IMG/VR virus record: IMGVR_UViG_2671180770_000020
Coordinates: 1 to 37,086 of that record
DNA from: a virus
Lineage: Duplodnaviria > Heunggongvirae > Uroviricota > Caudoviricetes
DNA: 37,086 nt
Strand: one strand, 5' to 3'
Shown piece by piece: positions 8,350 to 16,998 of this stretch. The notes under the pieces are model-generated. The model was not told the origin of the DNA. It worked only from the letters and a program-made list of their open reading frames with translations, and searched no databases. A program made the translations under genes and the position numbers. How positions within the stretch are numbered: the first letter of the stretch is position 1; the number at the start of each line of letters is the position of its first letter.

Positions 8350-8892
8350 ATGACCACTATTACCAAAGAACGTATCAAATTATTCATTAAAAATCCGCTT
8401 GATAACGGACTTACTCGTGGCGAACAAATGGAACTGGCACGAATTGCACTGGCATCACTGGAAGCCGAACCTGTAAGCCAAGCTTACAACTTGCCAGAAT
8501 TAATCGAAGGCATGGAAGTTTCCATTGATGTAAGCACTTGTGATGCTGATTTCGGTAATCGCTATTTCGGCACCGTCACCGAGGCGTTAGAACTTGATAC
8601 AGCCAAGAATGGTTACATCCTCCTGGTTCAGGACGCAGAGCCAAACTTCGATGTAAATGGCAACTATCCGGTAACTCCGGATGGCTGGATAAGCTGTAGT
8701 GAGCGAATGCCGGATACCAAAACAGCCGTTCTTGTTGCCGTGGAGTTTGACAGGAAGGGTGACTGGCGAATGAAATGGGCTACTTACATCCCGGGGCATC
8801 CTGACGCTAATGATGGGTGGATAATTCCTGGTGCGTCGTGGAAACCGTCACACTGGATGCCGCTACCAGAACCGCCGCAGGAGGTTAAGTGA
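8350..8892 (+). CDS. Hypothetical protein with C-terminal DUF551-like region
   Basis: 180 aa; C-terminal W/P-rich segment (...GWIIPGASWKPSHWMPLPEPP...). Confidence 0.45.
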   Translation: MTTITKERIKLFIKNPLDNGLTRGEQMELARIALASLEAEPVSQAYNLPELIEGMEVSIDVSTCDADFGNRYFGTVTEALELDTAKNGYILLVQDAEPNFDVNGNYPVTPDGWISCSERMPDTKTAVLVAVEFDRKGDWRMKWATYIPGHPDANDGWIIPGASWKPSHWMPLPEPPQEVK

Positions 8893-9014
8893 TGAACAAG
8901 TGCAACGCTCTGCTTTATGCCATGGTGATTGGTTTCGGCCTGGCTGCTGGTATCCGGGTTTATATTACCTGGGAGTCATTAATCAATCTGGCGTGGAGTG
9001 CGATTCGTGGCTAA
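8892..9014 (+). CDS. Small hydrophobic protein (40 aa)
   Basis: Hand-translated MNKCNALLYAMVIGFGLAAGIRVYITWESLINLAWSAIRG; ATG overlaps the preceding stop. Confidence 0.3.
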   Translation: MNKCNALLYAMVIGFGLAAGIRVYITWESLINLAWSAIRG

Positions 9015-9345
9015 ATCCCCCGCAGAACGCAAAGCCGCGCAGCGCGCTCGGCAGTCCGCCGCCGGTGAGCGCAAAATTGAACTGGTGCTGGATAAGCAGG
9101 AGCAGGAAATGCTGGCGCGGAACTGCGCCGCCCGGCGCCCTGGTCGCGATCCCTATGAAATGGCCGAGTACATCGCGCTGCTGATCCGCCAGGATGATGC
9201 ACGTGTGCGCGGGCGTATAAAATCGATCAGCAGAAAACGTTGCGGTAAGTGCGGCGAGAGAGTTCCAGTTAATTCATGCCCGTGTAATGGTGACTCGCAA
9301 TGCTGGGTGACTAAAGGCTGGCATGAAACGAAATTAATAGTGTGA
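9007..9345 (+). CDS. Basic protein with C-terminal Cys-rich zinc-ribbon motif; candidate late-gene regulator
   Basis: About 112 aa from GTG 9007; ...CGKCGERVPVNSCPCNGDSQC...; last early-side gene before a terminator and the terminase genes. Confidence 0.4.
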   Translation: MAKSPAERKAAQRARQSAAGERKIELVLDKQEQEMLARNCAARRPGRDPYEMAEYIALLIRQDDARVRGRIKSISRKRCGKCGERVPVNSCPCNGDSQCWVTKGWHETKLIV

Positions 9346-9394
9346 CATGTCACGAGTGGATTATGCATGATGAATTTGACGGGTTTTGAATACT

Positions 9395-9420
9395 GCCGCC
9401 AACTATGGCGGCTTTATTTT
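9395..9420 (+). terminator. Intrinsic terminator upstream of the terminase genes
   Basis: GCCGCC-aactat-GGCGGC followed by TTTATTTT. Confidence 0.6.
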
Positions 9421-9431
9421 GCATGGTACTA

Positions 9432-9464
9432 TTACCACAACGGTAACTATTACCACGGTGGTTA
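9432..9464. promoter_or_regulatory. Tandem palindrome copies (TTACCacaacGGTAA 9432-9446; TTACCacggtGGTtA 9450-9464) directly upstream of the small terminase start
   Basis: Located between the 9395-9420 terminator and ATG 9464. Confidence 0.45.
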
Positions 9465-10060
9465 TGATGCCTGCTGAACCTAAAACCTATAAACGCAAAT
9501 CAACGCAATTTAAGCCGCTCACAGCAATGCAGGAGGCTTATTGCCAGTCATACATCAAAACGCCTGAAAACCAGACTCAGGCAGCGATTAACGCAGGATT
9601 CTCCCCAAATACAGCGGCAGTTAAAGCCAGTGTCATGATGCGCGATGAACGCATTCAAAAACGGATTGCCGAGTTGATGGAGGAGCGCAACAAACGAATG
9701 CGCGTCAGTGCTGATTACGTTCTCATGCGCCTGGTGGAGATCGACCAGATGGACGTGATCGACATCCTCAACGACGATGGGAGCCTTAAGCCAATCCGCG
9801 AGTGGCCGAAAATCTGGCGCACTACGCTTAGCGGCTTTGATCTGTCATCGACCATCATGAACATGAACGAGGATTCGATAGAGACAATCCTCAAAAAAAT
9901 TAAATGGCCTGACAAGGTGAAGAACCTCGAACTGATTGGTAAGCACGTCGACGTCAACGCGTTCAAAGAACGCCTGGATGTTAATGTGAATGTGACAATT
10001 GCTGATCGCATAGCGGCAGCCAGGAAGCGACTCAAAGAACGTCAGGATGGTAATCAGTGA
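9464..10060 (+). CDS. Terminase small subunit
   Basis: Directly upstream of and overlapping (GTGA) the large terminase; start set at ATG 9464 because the TTG start at 9386 in the ORF track would read through the terminator hairpin. Confidence 0.6.
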   Translation: MMPAEPKTYKRKSTQFKPLTAMQEAYCQSYIKTPENQTQAAINAGFSPNTAAVKASVMMRDERIQKRIAELMEERNKRMRVSADYVLMRLVEIDQMDVIDILNDDGSLKPIREWPKIWRTTLSGFDLSSTIMNMNEDSIETILKKIKWPDKVKNLELIGKHVDVNAFKERLDVNVNVTIADRIAAARKRLKERQDGNQ

Positions 10061-11526
10061 CAGATACAGCGTTATCTCCTGAAGAGCAGTTGATCGAGGA
10101 TATTGCAGGGTTCACTCACGATCCGCTTGGCTATGCCCTCTATGCGTTCCCGTGGGGGGAAGAGGGGACTGAACTGGCACATGCCACCGGCCCACGTCAG
10201 TGGCAAGCCGATGCGTTCCGAGAGATACGTGATCACCTGCAGAATCCAGAGACGCGCTATCAGCCGCTTATGCTGGCACGCGCTTCGGGGCACGGTATTG
10301 GTAAATCAGCATTCATCTCAATGCTGATCAACTGGGGCATGTCCACTTGCGAGGATTGTAAGGTCGTGGTGACCGCCAACACCGACAACCAGCTACGAAC
10401 GAAGACCTGGCCGGAAATTATCAAGTGGTCGAACCTTGCTATCACGAAAGACTGGTTTACCTGTACCGCTACCGCGATGTACAGCAATGACCCTGGGCAC
10501 GACAAACGGTGGCGGGCTGACGCAATACCCTGGTCTGAGCACAACACTGAGGCATTCGCCGGACTACACAACGAGCGCAAACGCATCATCGTGGTATTCG
10601 ATGAAGCGTCGAACATTGCGGATCTGGTGTGGGAAGTTGCTGAGGGTGCGCTTACGGACGAAGACACTGAGATTATCTGGGTGGCGTTCGGAAACCCTAC
10701 ACGTAATACCGGGCGTTTTCGCGAATGTTTCCGCAAATACAAACACCGCTGGAAAACTGCGCAGATTGACAGCCGGACGGTGGAAGGTACTAACAAACAG
10801 CAGTTGCAGAAATGGGTTGATGACTACGGGGAAGACAGCGACTTCGTTAAAATCCGTGTGCGCGGCATATTCCCTGATGCATCTGAATTGCAGTTTATCC
10901 CTACCGGTCTTACTGATGAGGCAATGAAACGGGTGGTAACCGCTGCGCAGGTGGCACATGCTCCGGTGATAATCGGTGTTGACCCGGCATATTCAGGCGT
11001 TGATGACGCGGTGATATACCTGCGGCAGGGGTTGCATAGTAAGGTGCTATGGACTGGCAACAAGACCACTGACGATCTGATTATGGCGAAGCGTATCGCT
11101 GACTTTGAAGACCAGTACCAGGCTGACGCAGTGTTCATCGACTTCGGTTACGGAACTGGTCTGAAGTCAATCGGTGACGGCTGGGGTCGTACATGGCAAC
11201 TTGTTCCGTTCGGTGGCGTGTCTACTGACCCGCAGATGCTCAACAAGCGTGGGGAGATGTTCAACTCATGTAAGACATGGCTGAGGCTGGGCGGGATGCT
11301 GGATGACCAGGAAACAGCGGACGATCTGTCTGCGGCAGAGTACAAAGTTCGCGTGGACGGTAAAATCGTTATCGAACCGAAGGAAGATATCAAAGAACGA
11401 CTTGGGCGTTCACCTGGTAAAGGCGATGCGCTACTGCTGACGTTTGCGTTCCCGGTAGCCAAGAAAACTAATGACCCACGGCAGCAGCAGGGCAGGGCTA
11501 TAACAGACTATGACCCATTTGAATGA
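10057..11526 (+). CDS. Terminase large subunit
   Basis: 489 aa; Walker A-like ...ARASGHGIGKSAF...; acidic nuclease-type C-terminal half; GTG start overlapping the small-subunit stop. Confidence 0.8.
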   Translation: MTDTALSPEEQLIEDIAGFTHDPLGYALYAFPWGEEGTELAHATGPRQWQADAFREIRDHLQNPETRYQPLMLARASGHGIGKSAFISMLINWGMSTCEDCKVVVTANTDNQLRTKTWPEIIKWSNLAITKDWFTCTATAMYSNDPGHDKRWRADAIPWSEHNTEAFAGLHNERKRIIVVFDEASNIADLVWEVAEGALTDEDTEIIWVAFGNPTRNTGRFRECFRKYKHRWKTAQIDSRTVEGTNKQQLQKWVDDYGEDSDFVKIRVRGIFPDASELQFIPTGLTDEAMKRVVTAAQVAHAPVIIGVDPAYSGVDDAVIYLRQGLHSKVLWTGNKTTDDLIMAKRIADFEDQYQADAVFIDFGYGTGLKSIGDGWGRTWQLVPFGGVSTDPQMLNKRGEMFNSCKTWLRLGGMLDDQETADDLSAAEYKVRVDGKIVIEPKEDIKERLGRSPGKGDALLLTFAFPVAKKTNDPRQQQGRAITDYDPFE

Positions 11527-11529
11527 TTT

Positions 11530-12378
11530 TTACTTTTGTGTTTTTGATTTTCTTTGATAGGTGGAATTTAAATCACCATTTATATTTACTAGAGGATTAT
11601 TCAATAATGTACTGATTTCTGGATTGTTAATTCCAGTAACGCCAAATTTCTTTACGGACTCATTAAGGTCTTGTAATGATTTTAGACCTACAAACCCATT
11701 AGCAATTGTATTATTTGTTGCCAAAGGAATGTTTTCCTTATAGGACTCATATTCGTTTTTTAAATTTTTGTGAGCTTTTTCTAGATTTTCTAGTTTAGAT
11801 GTTGTTTCATCAATAACCTTAGATAATTCTAAAATACGAGCTTGTGCTGCGCGCAGTTCTGTCTCCCTCTCTTTCAATTCAGATGTGAGTTGTCCCATTC
11901 TGTCTTTTGAAAGAATTATTTCCTCTTTCATGTCTTGAATGTTTTTTTCAGCGCCTGTTTTTACTTTTTCGTAAGTAATGTCTTTTTTAGCCAGCAATCT
12001 CTGTAGCCGTGTTTCACGTTGTATTTTTCTTGCCTTCCGGTGGTTTTCGATTGAGTCATTATTATCAAGAGGTTTTGCTTGCCATACGTTAATGATATTG
12101 TTTACCCATGGTAATAGGCAGCAGATAGTAATTACAGATAAGCATGGATAAAACATAACAGTTTTCCATGTGCTGTTATCTGAGATGTATGAAATTTTAT
12201 CTATTATATTTGATTTGCTAAAAAACAGATAAAGAAGTGATTTCCAGTTGAAGGCGCACCAGGACATAACAAAAGCACCAAGCACAGGGTTTTTGGCTCT
12301 ATGCACGGCAGTGTTTGCAGTAGATAAAAACAGCTCTTTGAACGATTCAAACATACTAATTACCTTAAAGTTTTTCAT
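11530..12378 (-). CDS. Moron: membrane-anchored coiled-coil protein of unknown function
   Basis: 282 aa from ATG 12378 (MKNFKVI...); markedly AT-rich relative to neighbours; opposite strand to the flanking late genes; two hydrophobic segments then a long Lys/Glu-rich coiled coil; own terminator and palindrome upstream. Confidence 0.55.
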   Translation of the reverse strand: MKNFKVISMFESFKELFLSTANTAVHRAKNPVLGAFVMSWCAFNWKSLLYLFFSKSNIIDKISYISDNSTWKTVMFYPCLSVITICCLLPWVNNIINVWQAKPLDNNDSIENHRKARKIQRETRLQRLLAKKDITYEKVKTGAEKNIQDMKEEIILSKDRMGQLTSELKERETELRAAQARILELSKVIDETTSKLENLEKAHKNLKNEYESYKENIPLATNNTIANGFVGLKSLQDLNESVKKFGVTGINNPEISTLLNNPLVNINGDLNSTYQRKSKTQK

Positions 12379-12382
12379 GATT

Positions 12383-12397
12383 ATACCTTTAAGGTAA
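12383..12397. promoter_or_regulatory. Near-perfect palindrome copy (aTACCtttaaGGTAA) abutting the moron start
   Basis: A minus-strand TATAAT overlaps the site just upstream of ATG 12378. Confidence 0.4.
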
Positions 12398-12410
12398 TTT
12401 GTGGTCATCA

Positions 12411-12436
12411 GGCAAAAAAATACCCGGCGAACCGGG
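12411..12436 (-). terminator. Intrinsic terminator between the tRNA and the moron
   Basis: Minus strand CCCGG-ttcg-CCGGG followed by TATTTTTTTG. Confidence 0.5.
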
Positions 12437-12515
12437 CGAACTGGAAGCAATGAGTTATGCCTTCCGTGGCTGTACTGGTTTACAGCATGAAGTCATCGCA
12501 ATGGCGTCCTGCTGT

Positions 12516-12557
12516 AAAAAGGGCGGTGATAGTCCTTCAAGGGAAACTATCACCGCC
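12516..12557 (-). terminator. Intrinsic terminator immediately downstream of the tRNA
   Basis: Minus strand 12-bp stem GGCGGTGATAGT / ACTATCACCGCC followed by CTTTTTT. Confidence 0.65.
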
Positions 12558-12600
12558 AAGCACCTGGAACTTCTGGCATCACGGTCCTTAGGCGTGATTC

Positions 12601-12677
12601 TGGCGTGGCATGCAGGATTCGAACCTGCGACCAACCGCTTAGAAGGCGGTTGCTCTGTCCAACTGAGCTAATGCCAC
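12601..12677 (-). tRNA. tRNA-Arg (anticodon UCU), 77 nt with encoded CCA
   Basis: Hand-folded cloverleaf: acceptor GUGGCAU/AUGCCAC, D-arm GCUC-AGUUGGACA-GAGC, anticodon arm ACCGC-CUUCUAA-GCGGU, variable loop UGGUC, T-arm GCAGG-UUCGAAU-CCUGC, discriminator G, CCA. Confidence 0.9.
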
Positions 12678-13000
12678 AACACTGAGAGCACTTAGCCTGT
12701 TAAGTGCGCCACACTTTGTCGCGGCTCCATAAATGCTCTCATCGTTGTACCCTCGTCTCTTCCGAGGCGTCACACCGAATCGCCGGGATGGTGAATCCCC
12801 GTGCGCGGAATAAAACCGCTCGACTTGCACATTCCGGCTACCTGGTTCGTTTGCCCGAGCAAGGGAGGGTGCCCCTTAAACGTATCCAGACCGCTATCGG
12901 CGCATGTGCCATACGCCGTACTGCTCAAAATAAAAGCTCACTCCACCTGTTCAATTTAACGATAAGCCAGTCAGGTTAATAACCGGAATGAACACTTTAC

Positions 13001-13015
13001 TTACCTGAAAGGTAA
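13001..13015. promoter_or_regulatory. Perfect palindrome TTACCtgaaaGGTAA upstream of the head gene cluster
   Basis: Lies in the non-coding interval between the tRNA and the first head-module gene (13106). Confidence 0.45.
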
Positions 13016-13105
13016 TAATTCGTGCGTTAAATGTCAACTATCTACGATAAATAAATCATATGTGGTTAAATTGGTAATAATTTAATTGCGTACGGAGTCA
13101 TTGAT

Positions 13106-13312
13106 ATGTGCATGGGTAGCTCACCGTCAGTGCCTGCAACACCAGAAGTTCAGGCAGCACCACAGGAGCAGGATGCCGCCGTTGTTGATGCCCGCGACGA
13201 AGAAACTCGTCGCCGTCGCGCTGCTGCTGGTCGTAGTTCTACGCTGCTTACCGGTTCTCAGGGCGACACATCAACCGCTAATACCAGCGGTAAAACGCTG
13301 CTTGGTCAGTAA
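13106..13312 (+). CDS. Small hypothetical protein preceding the portal gene
   Basis: 68 aa; shares the initiation context cGGAGTCATTGA-N-ATG with the portal gene. Confidence 0.45.
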   Translation: MCMGSSPSVPATPEVQAAPQEQDAAVVDARDEETRRRRAAAGRSSTLLTGSQGDTSTANTSGKTLLGQ

Positions 13313-13326
13313 CCGGAGTCATTGAA

Positions 13327-15006
13327 ATGGCGGAAACAACTAAAGAGCGATTGAACAAACAGTTCGCACAACTTGAAAGCGAGCGTCAGTCGTTCGAGCC
13401 GCACTGGCGCGAGTTGAGTGATTACATCAACCCGCGTGGTTCCCGCTTTCTGACTTCTGAGGTCAACCGTAACGATCGACGCAATACACGCATTATTGAT
13501 TCGACCGGGACTATGGCGGCGCGCACTCTCGCCAGCGGCATGATGTCAGGCATCACAAGCCCCGCGCGTCCGTGGTTTCGCCTGGCTACGCCAGATCCTG
13601 AAATGATGGATTATGGCCCTGTTAAGTTGTGGCTTGAGGCAGTGCAGAACCGCATGAACGATATGTTCAATAAGTCGAATCTCTATCAGTCGCTGCCGCA
13701 GTTATACGGAAGCCTCGGCACATACAGCACCGGTGCAATGGCGGTGATGGAGGATGACGAGGACATCATTCGTACAATGCCATTCCCGATAGGAAGTTAC
13801 TACCTGGCTAACTCACCTCGTGGCAGTGTGGACACCTGTTTTCGCAAGTTCTCTATGACTGTTCGTCAGCTTGTTCAGGAGTTCGGGCTAAATAACGTCA
13901 GCGAATCCGTAAAAAGCATGTGGGAAAGCGGCACCTACGAGAAGTGGATTGAAGTGATGCATTCGGTTTACCCGAACATTGACCGCGATACATCGAAGCT
14001 GGATAGCAAGAACAAGCCATTCAAATCGGTTTATTACGAGGTTGGTGGCGATAACGACAGGTTGTTGCGTGAGTCCGGATTCGATGAGTTTCCAATTATG
14101 GCTCCGCGCTGGGAAGTTAACGGCGAAGATGTTTATGGATCATCATGCCCGGGTATGCTGGCGCTTGGACCTGTTAAGGCATTGCAGCTTCTCCAGAAGC
14201 GCAAGTCGCAGTTGATTGATAAAGCCACCAATCCGCCGATGGTTGCTCCGACTTCCCTCAAGAATCAGCGCGCCTCCCTTCTTCCTGGCGACATCACGTA
14301 TATCGATCAGATTACTGGTCAGGATGGTTTCAGGCCTGCTTATCTGGTTAACCCCAGTACAGCAGATTTGGTGGCAGACATTCAGGACACTCGTCAAATC
14401 ATTAACAGCGCCTACTTTGTCGATCTGTTCATGATGTTGCAGAACATCAATACCCGCTCGATGCCTGTGGAAGCGGTGATCGAAATGAAAGAAGAAAAAC
14501 TTCTGATGTTGGGGCCGGTTCTGGAGCGTCTGAACGACGAATGTCTTAATCCTCTCATTGACCGCGCTTTCTCGATGATGGTGCGTAAAAACATGCTGCC
14601 GCCACCGCCTGACGCGATGGAAGGTATGCCCCTGAAGGTCGAATACATTTCCGTCATGGCTCAGGCGCAGAAGTCTATCGGCCTGTCCAGTCTGGCGTCT
14701 ACGGTCAACTTCATTGGTCAACTTGCGCAAGCGAAACCAGAAGCTCTCGACAAACTCAACGTTGATCAGGCGATCGATGCATTCGCTGATATGTCCGGAG
14801 TGTCTCCAACCGTCATTGTTCCGCAGGAACAGGTTGAGCAGGCTCGCCAGCAACGGGCACAGCAACAACAGCAGCAACAAATGATGGCGATGGGGATGGC
14901 GGCGGCACAGGGGGCCAAGACGCTAAGCGAAGCTAAAACTTCGGATCCGAGTGTGTTGTCAGCTATGGCGAATGCAGTTAGTGGTCAGGGTGGGCAATCA
15001 CAATGA
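13327..15006 (+). CDS. Portal protein (putative)
   Basis: 559 aa, first large gene after terminase; Gln-rich C-terminal tail. Assignment by size and position. Confidence 0.6.
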   Translation: MAETTKERLNKQFAQLESERQSFEPHWRELSDYINPRGSRFLTSEVNRNDRRNTRIIDSTGTMAARTLASGMMSGITSPARPWFRLATPDPEMMDYGPVKLWLEAVQNRMNDMFNKSNLYQSLPQLYGSLGTYSTGAMAVMEDDEDIIRTMPFPIGSYYLANSPRGSVDTCFRKFSMTVRQLVQEFGLNNVSESVKSMWESGTYEKWIEVMHSVYPNIDRDTSKLDSKNKPFKSVYYEVGGDNDRLLRESGFDEFPIMAPRWEVNGEDVYGSSCPGMLALGPVKALQLLQKRKSQLIDKATNPPMVAPTSLKNQRASLLPGDITYIDQITGQDGFRPAYLVNPSTADLVADIQDTRQIINSAYFVDLFMMLQNINTRSMPVEAVIEMKEEKLLMLGPVLERLNDECLNPLIDRAFSMMVRKNMLPPPPDAMEGMPLKVEYISVMAQAQKSIGLSSLASTVNFIGQLAQAKPEALDKLNVDQAIDAFADMSGVSPTVIVPQEQVEQARQQRAQQQQQQQMMAMGMAAAQGAKTLSEAKTSDPSVLSAMANAVSGQGGQSQ

Positions 15007-15299
15007 CAGATTACGAAGACGATCAACTGAAAGAAGAAAACGCCCGTAAGCAACGTGACATGGCGCAGCGTGAAATTGATGACATTCGCTTTGTCATGAG
15101 CAGTGAACAGGGGCGTCGCGTTGTCTGGTCGGTGCTGGAGAAAGGCCGTGTGTTTTCCGCTATCTCACCGATGGACGCTATGGCAATGGCATTTAATGAG
15201 GGGCAACGCAATCTGGCGCTGGAACTGTTTCAGCGCGTTATGGCGCATTGCCCTGAACAGTATTTGAAGATGGCCAAAGAGGCCAGTGAACAGGAGTGA
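15003..15299 (+). CDS. Hypothetical head-module protein
   Basis: 98-aa ORF, ATGA overlap with the portal stop. Confidence 0.45.
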   Translation: MTDYEDDQLKEENARKQRDMAQREIDDIRFVMSSEQGRRVVWSVLEKGRVFSAISPMDAMAMAFNEGQRNLALELFQRVMAHCPEQYLKMAKEASEQE

Positions 15300-15301
15300 T
15301 C

Positions 15302-15997
15302 ATGAATTTATTTGAGCGTTTGCTGTATCGCCGTCTTTGCAATGAGCAACCAGTCGATGGTGGAGCAGCTCCGGCTGCGTCAGAACCGTCAGCGCCTGCA
15401 GGTGATAACCCTGCTCCAGTTGGTGATCCATCACAACAGGAAGGTGATAAGCCACAACCTGTTGCTGATGGCGATAAACCTGCTGATGACAAAAAGTCTG
15501 AAAACGATAAGCAGGATGAAAAAAAGGACGGCGATAAACCAGAGGGTGCGCCTGAGAAGTACGAGTTTCAGGCTGCCGAAGGCGTAGAGCTGGATACAGA
15601 AGCGTTGAAGGAATTCGAGCCGGTGGCGCGAGAACTTAACCTGACCAACGAGCAAGCGCAAAAGCTGGTTGATGCTTATCCGAAGATTCTGGCAGGTGTG
15701 CAGCAGCGCCAGGCAGAAGCCTGGCAGAAAACAACCGAGCAGTGGGCTGCTGATGTAAAAGCTGACAAAGAAATCGGTGGCGACAAGTTGATTTCTAACC
15801 TTAGCGCCGCACAGCGTGCGCTTGACCAGTTCGGGACACCTGAACTCAAAGAATATCTGAACACCACCGGGCTGGGTAATCACCCTGATCTGGTCAAAAC
15901 GTTCGTGAAAATCGGAAAGGCGATGTCTGAAGATGGCATGGTCACCGGTGGTAATGAAGGCCAGCGTAGTGCGGCCGAAGTGCTCTATGGCAAATAA
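15302..15997 (+). CDS. Scaffolding protein (putative)
   Basis: 231 aa, acidic and Pro/Asp/Lys-rich, directly upstream of the major capsid gene; start at ATG 15302 (GGAG 5 nt upstream). Confidence 0.5.
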   Translation: MNLFERLLYRRLCNEQPVDGGAAPAASEPSAPAGDNPAPVGDPSQQEGDKPQPVADGDKPADDKKSENDKQDEKKDGDKPEGAPEKYEFQAAEGVELDTEALKEFEPVARELNLTNEQAQKLVDAYPKILAGVQQRQAEAWQKTTEQWAADVKADKEIGGDKLISNLSAAQRALDQFGTPELKEYLNTTGLGNHPDLVKTFVKIGKAMSEDGMVTGGNEGQRSAAEVLYGK

Positions 15998-16011
15998 GAG
16001 AGGAAATGACA

Positions 16012-16998
16012 ATGGCTGTTAAAGGCTTAACTGCGCTAACGCTGGCTGACTGGGGTAAGCGCGTCGATCCAAACGGGAAAGTCGATAAGATTATCGAGCT
16101 TCTCGGTCAAACTAACCCGATCCTTCAGGATATGCCTTTTGTCGAAGGGAACCTTCCTACCGGACACCGAACCACCATTCGTTCTGGTTTACCTTCAGCT
16201 ACCTGGCGTTTGCTGAACTATGGCGTACAGCCAAGCAAATCAACCACAGTACAGGTCACCGATTCCGTTGGCATGCTGGAAACCTATGCTGAAGTCGATA
16301 AGTCACTGGCTGATCTGAACGGTAATACCGCCGAATTCCGCCTGTCTGAAGACCGCGCATTTATTGAAGCGATGAATCAGCAGATGGCGCAGACGCTGTT
16401 TTATGGTGATTCCAGCGTTAACCCCCAGCAGTTTATGGGGCTGTCCTCCCGCTATTCCAGCCTGTCTGCGGGTAATGCTCAGAACATCATCGATGCTGGT
16501 GGCACGGGTACAGACAACACCTCAATCTGGTTAGTAGTGTGGGGGGAAAATACCGTGCATGGCATCTTCCCGAAAGGGAAGAAGGCTGGCATTCAGATGG
16601 AAGATAAAGGCCAGGTGACACTGGAAGATGCTAATGGCGGCAAGTACGAAGGCTATCGCACCCATTACAAATGGGACAACGGACTTGCTCTGCGTGACTG
16701 GCGTTATGTTGTTCGCATTGCAAACATCGATGTCAGCAATCTTTCAGAACCTTCCTCTGCCGCAAATATTGCGAAGTTGATGGTTAAAGCACTGCATCGC
16801 ATTCCAAACCGTGGCATGGGCCGCCCGGTGTTCTACATGAACCGCACTGTAGGCCAGGCTCTTGATCTGCAATCTCTGGAGAAAACATCTCTGGCGATCA
16901 GCGTAAAAGAGACAGAAGGCGAGTGGTGGACTTCATTCCGTGGTGTACCAATCCGTGAAACTGATGCGCTTCTGGAAACAGAAGCCCGCGTGGTGTAA
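16012..16998 (+). CDS. Major capsid protein (putative)
   Basis: 328 aa following the scaffold-like gene and followed by a hairpin; assigned by position and size. Confidence 0.55.
   Translation: MAVKGLTALTLADWGKRVDPNGKVDKIIELLGQTNPILQDMPFVEGNLPTGHRTTIRSGLPSATWRLLNYGVQPSKSTTVQVTDSVGMLETYAEVDKSLADLNGNTAEFRLSEDRAFIEAMNQQMAQTLFYGDSSVNPQQFMGLSSRYSSLSAGNAQNIIDAGGTGTDNTSIWLVVWGENTVHGIFPKGKKAGIQMEDKGQVTLEDANGGKYEGYRTHYKWDNGLALRDWRYVVRIANIDVSNLSEPSSAANIAKLMVKALHRIPNRGMGRPVFYMNRTVGQALDLQSLEKTSLAISVKETEGEWWTSFRGVPIRETDALLETEARVV

Noticed and set aside
9386-9463. N-terminal extension of small terminase from the TTG at 9386 (MNTAANYGG...TITTVV)
   Set aside because: The extension would be translated across the intrinsic terminator hairpin and the palindrome sites and encodes a Thr/Ile/Val repeat; ATG 9464 is the more plausible start.
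12399-12671. 90-aa plus-strand ORF covering the tRNA and its terminator
   Set aside because: It is the antisense read-through of the tRNA-Arg gene and terminator hairpins, not a protein-coding gene.
14143-14880. 245-aa minus-strand ORF inside the portal gene
   Set aside because: Entirely antisense to a well-supported long gene; His/Arg-rich low-complexity translation typical of a shadow ORF; no ribosome-binding site.
14860-14885. CAA/CAG repeat encoding poly-Gln at the portal C-terminus as a slippage or phase-variation tract
   Set aside because: The repeat is imperfect (mixed CAA/CAG/CAACGG) and in frame; more likely a flexible Gln-rich tail than a programmed frameshift site.
15431-16012. 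193-aa minus-strand ORF over the scaffold-like gene
   Set aside because: Antisense shadow ORF; the sense-strand gene has clear translational coupling to its neighbours.
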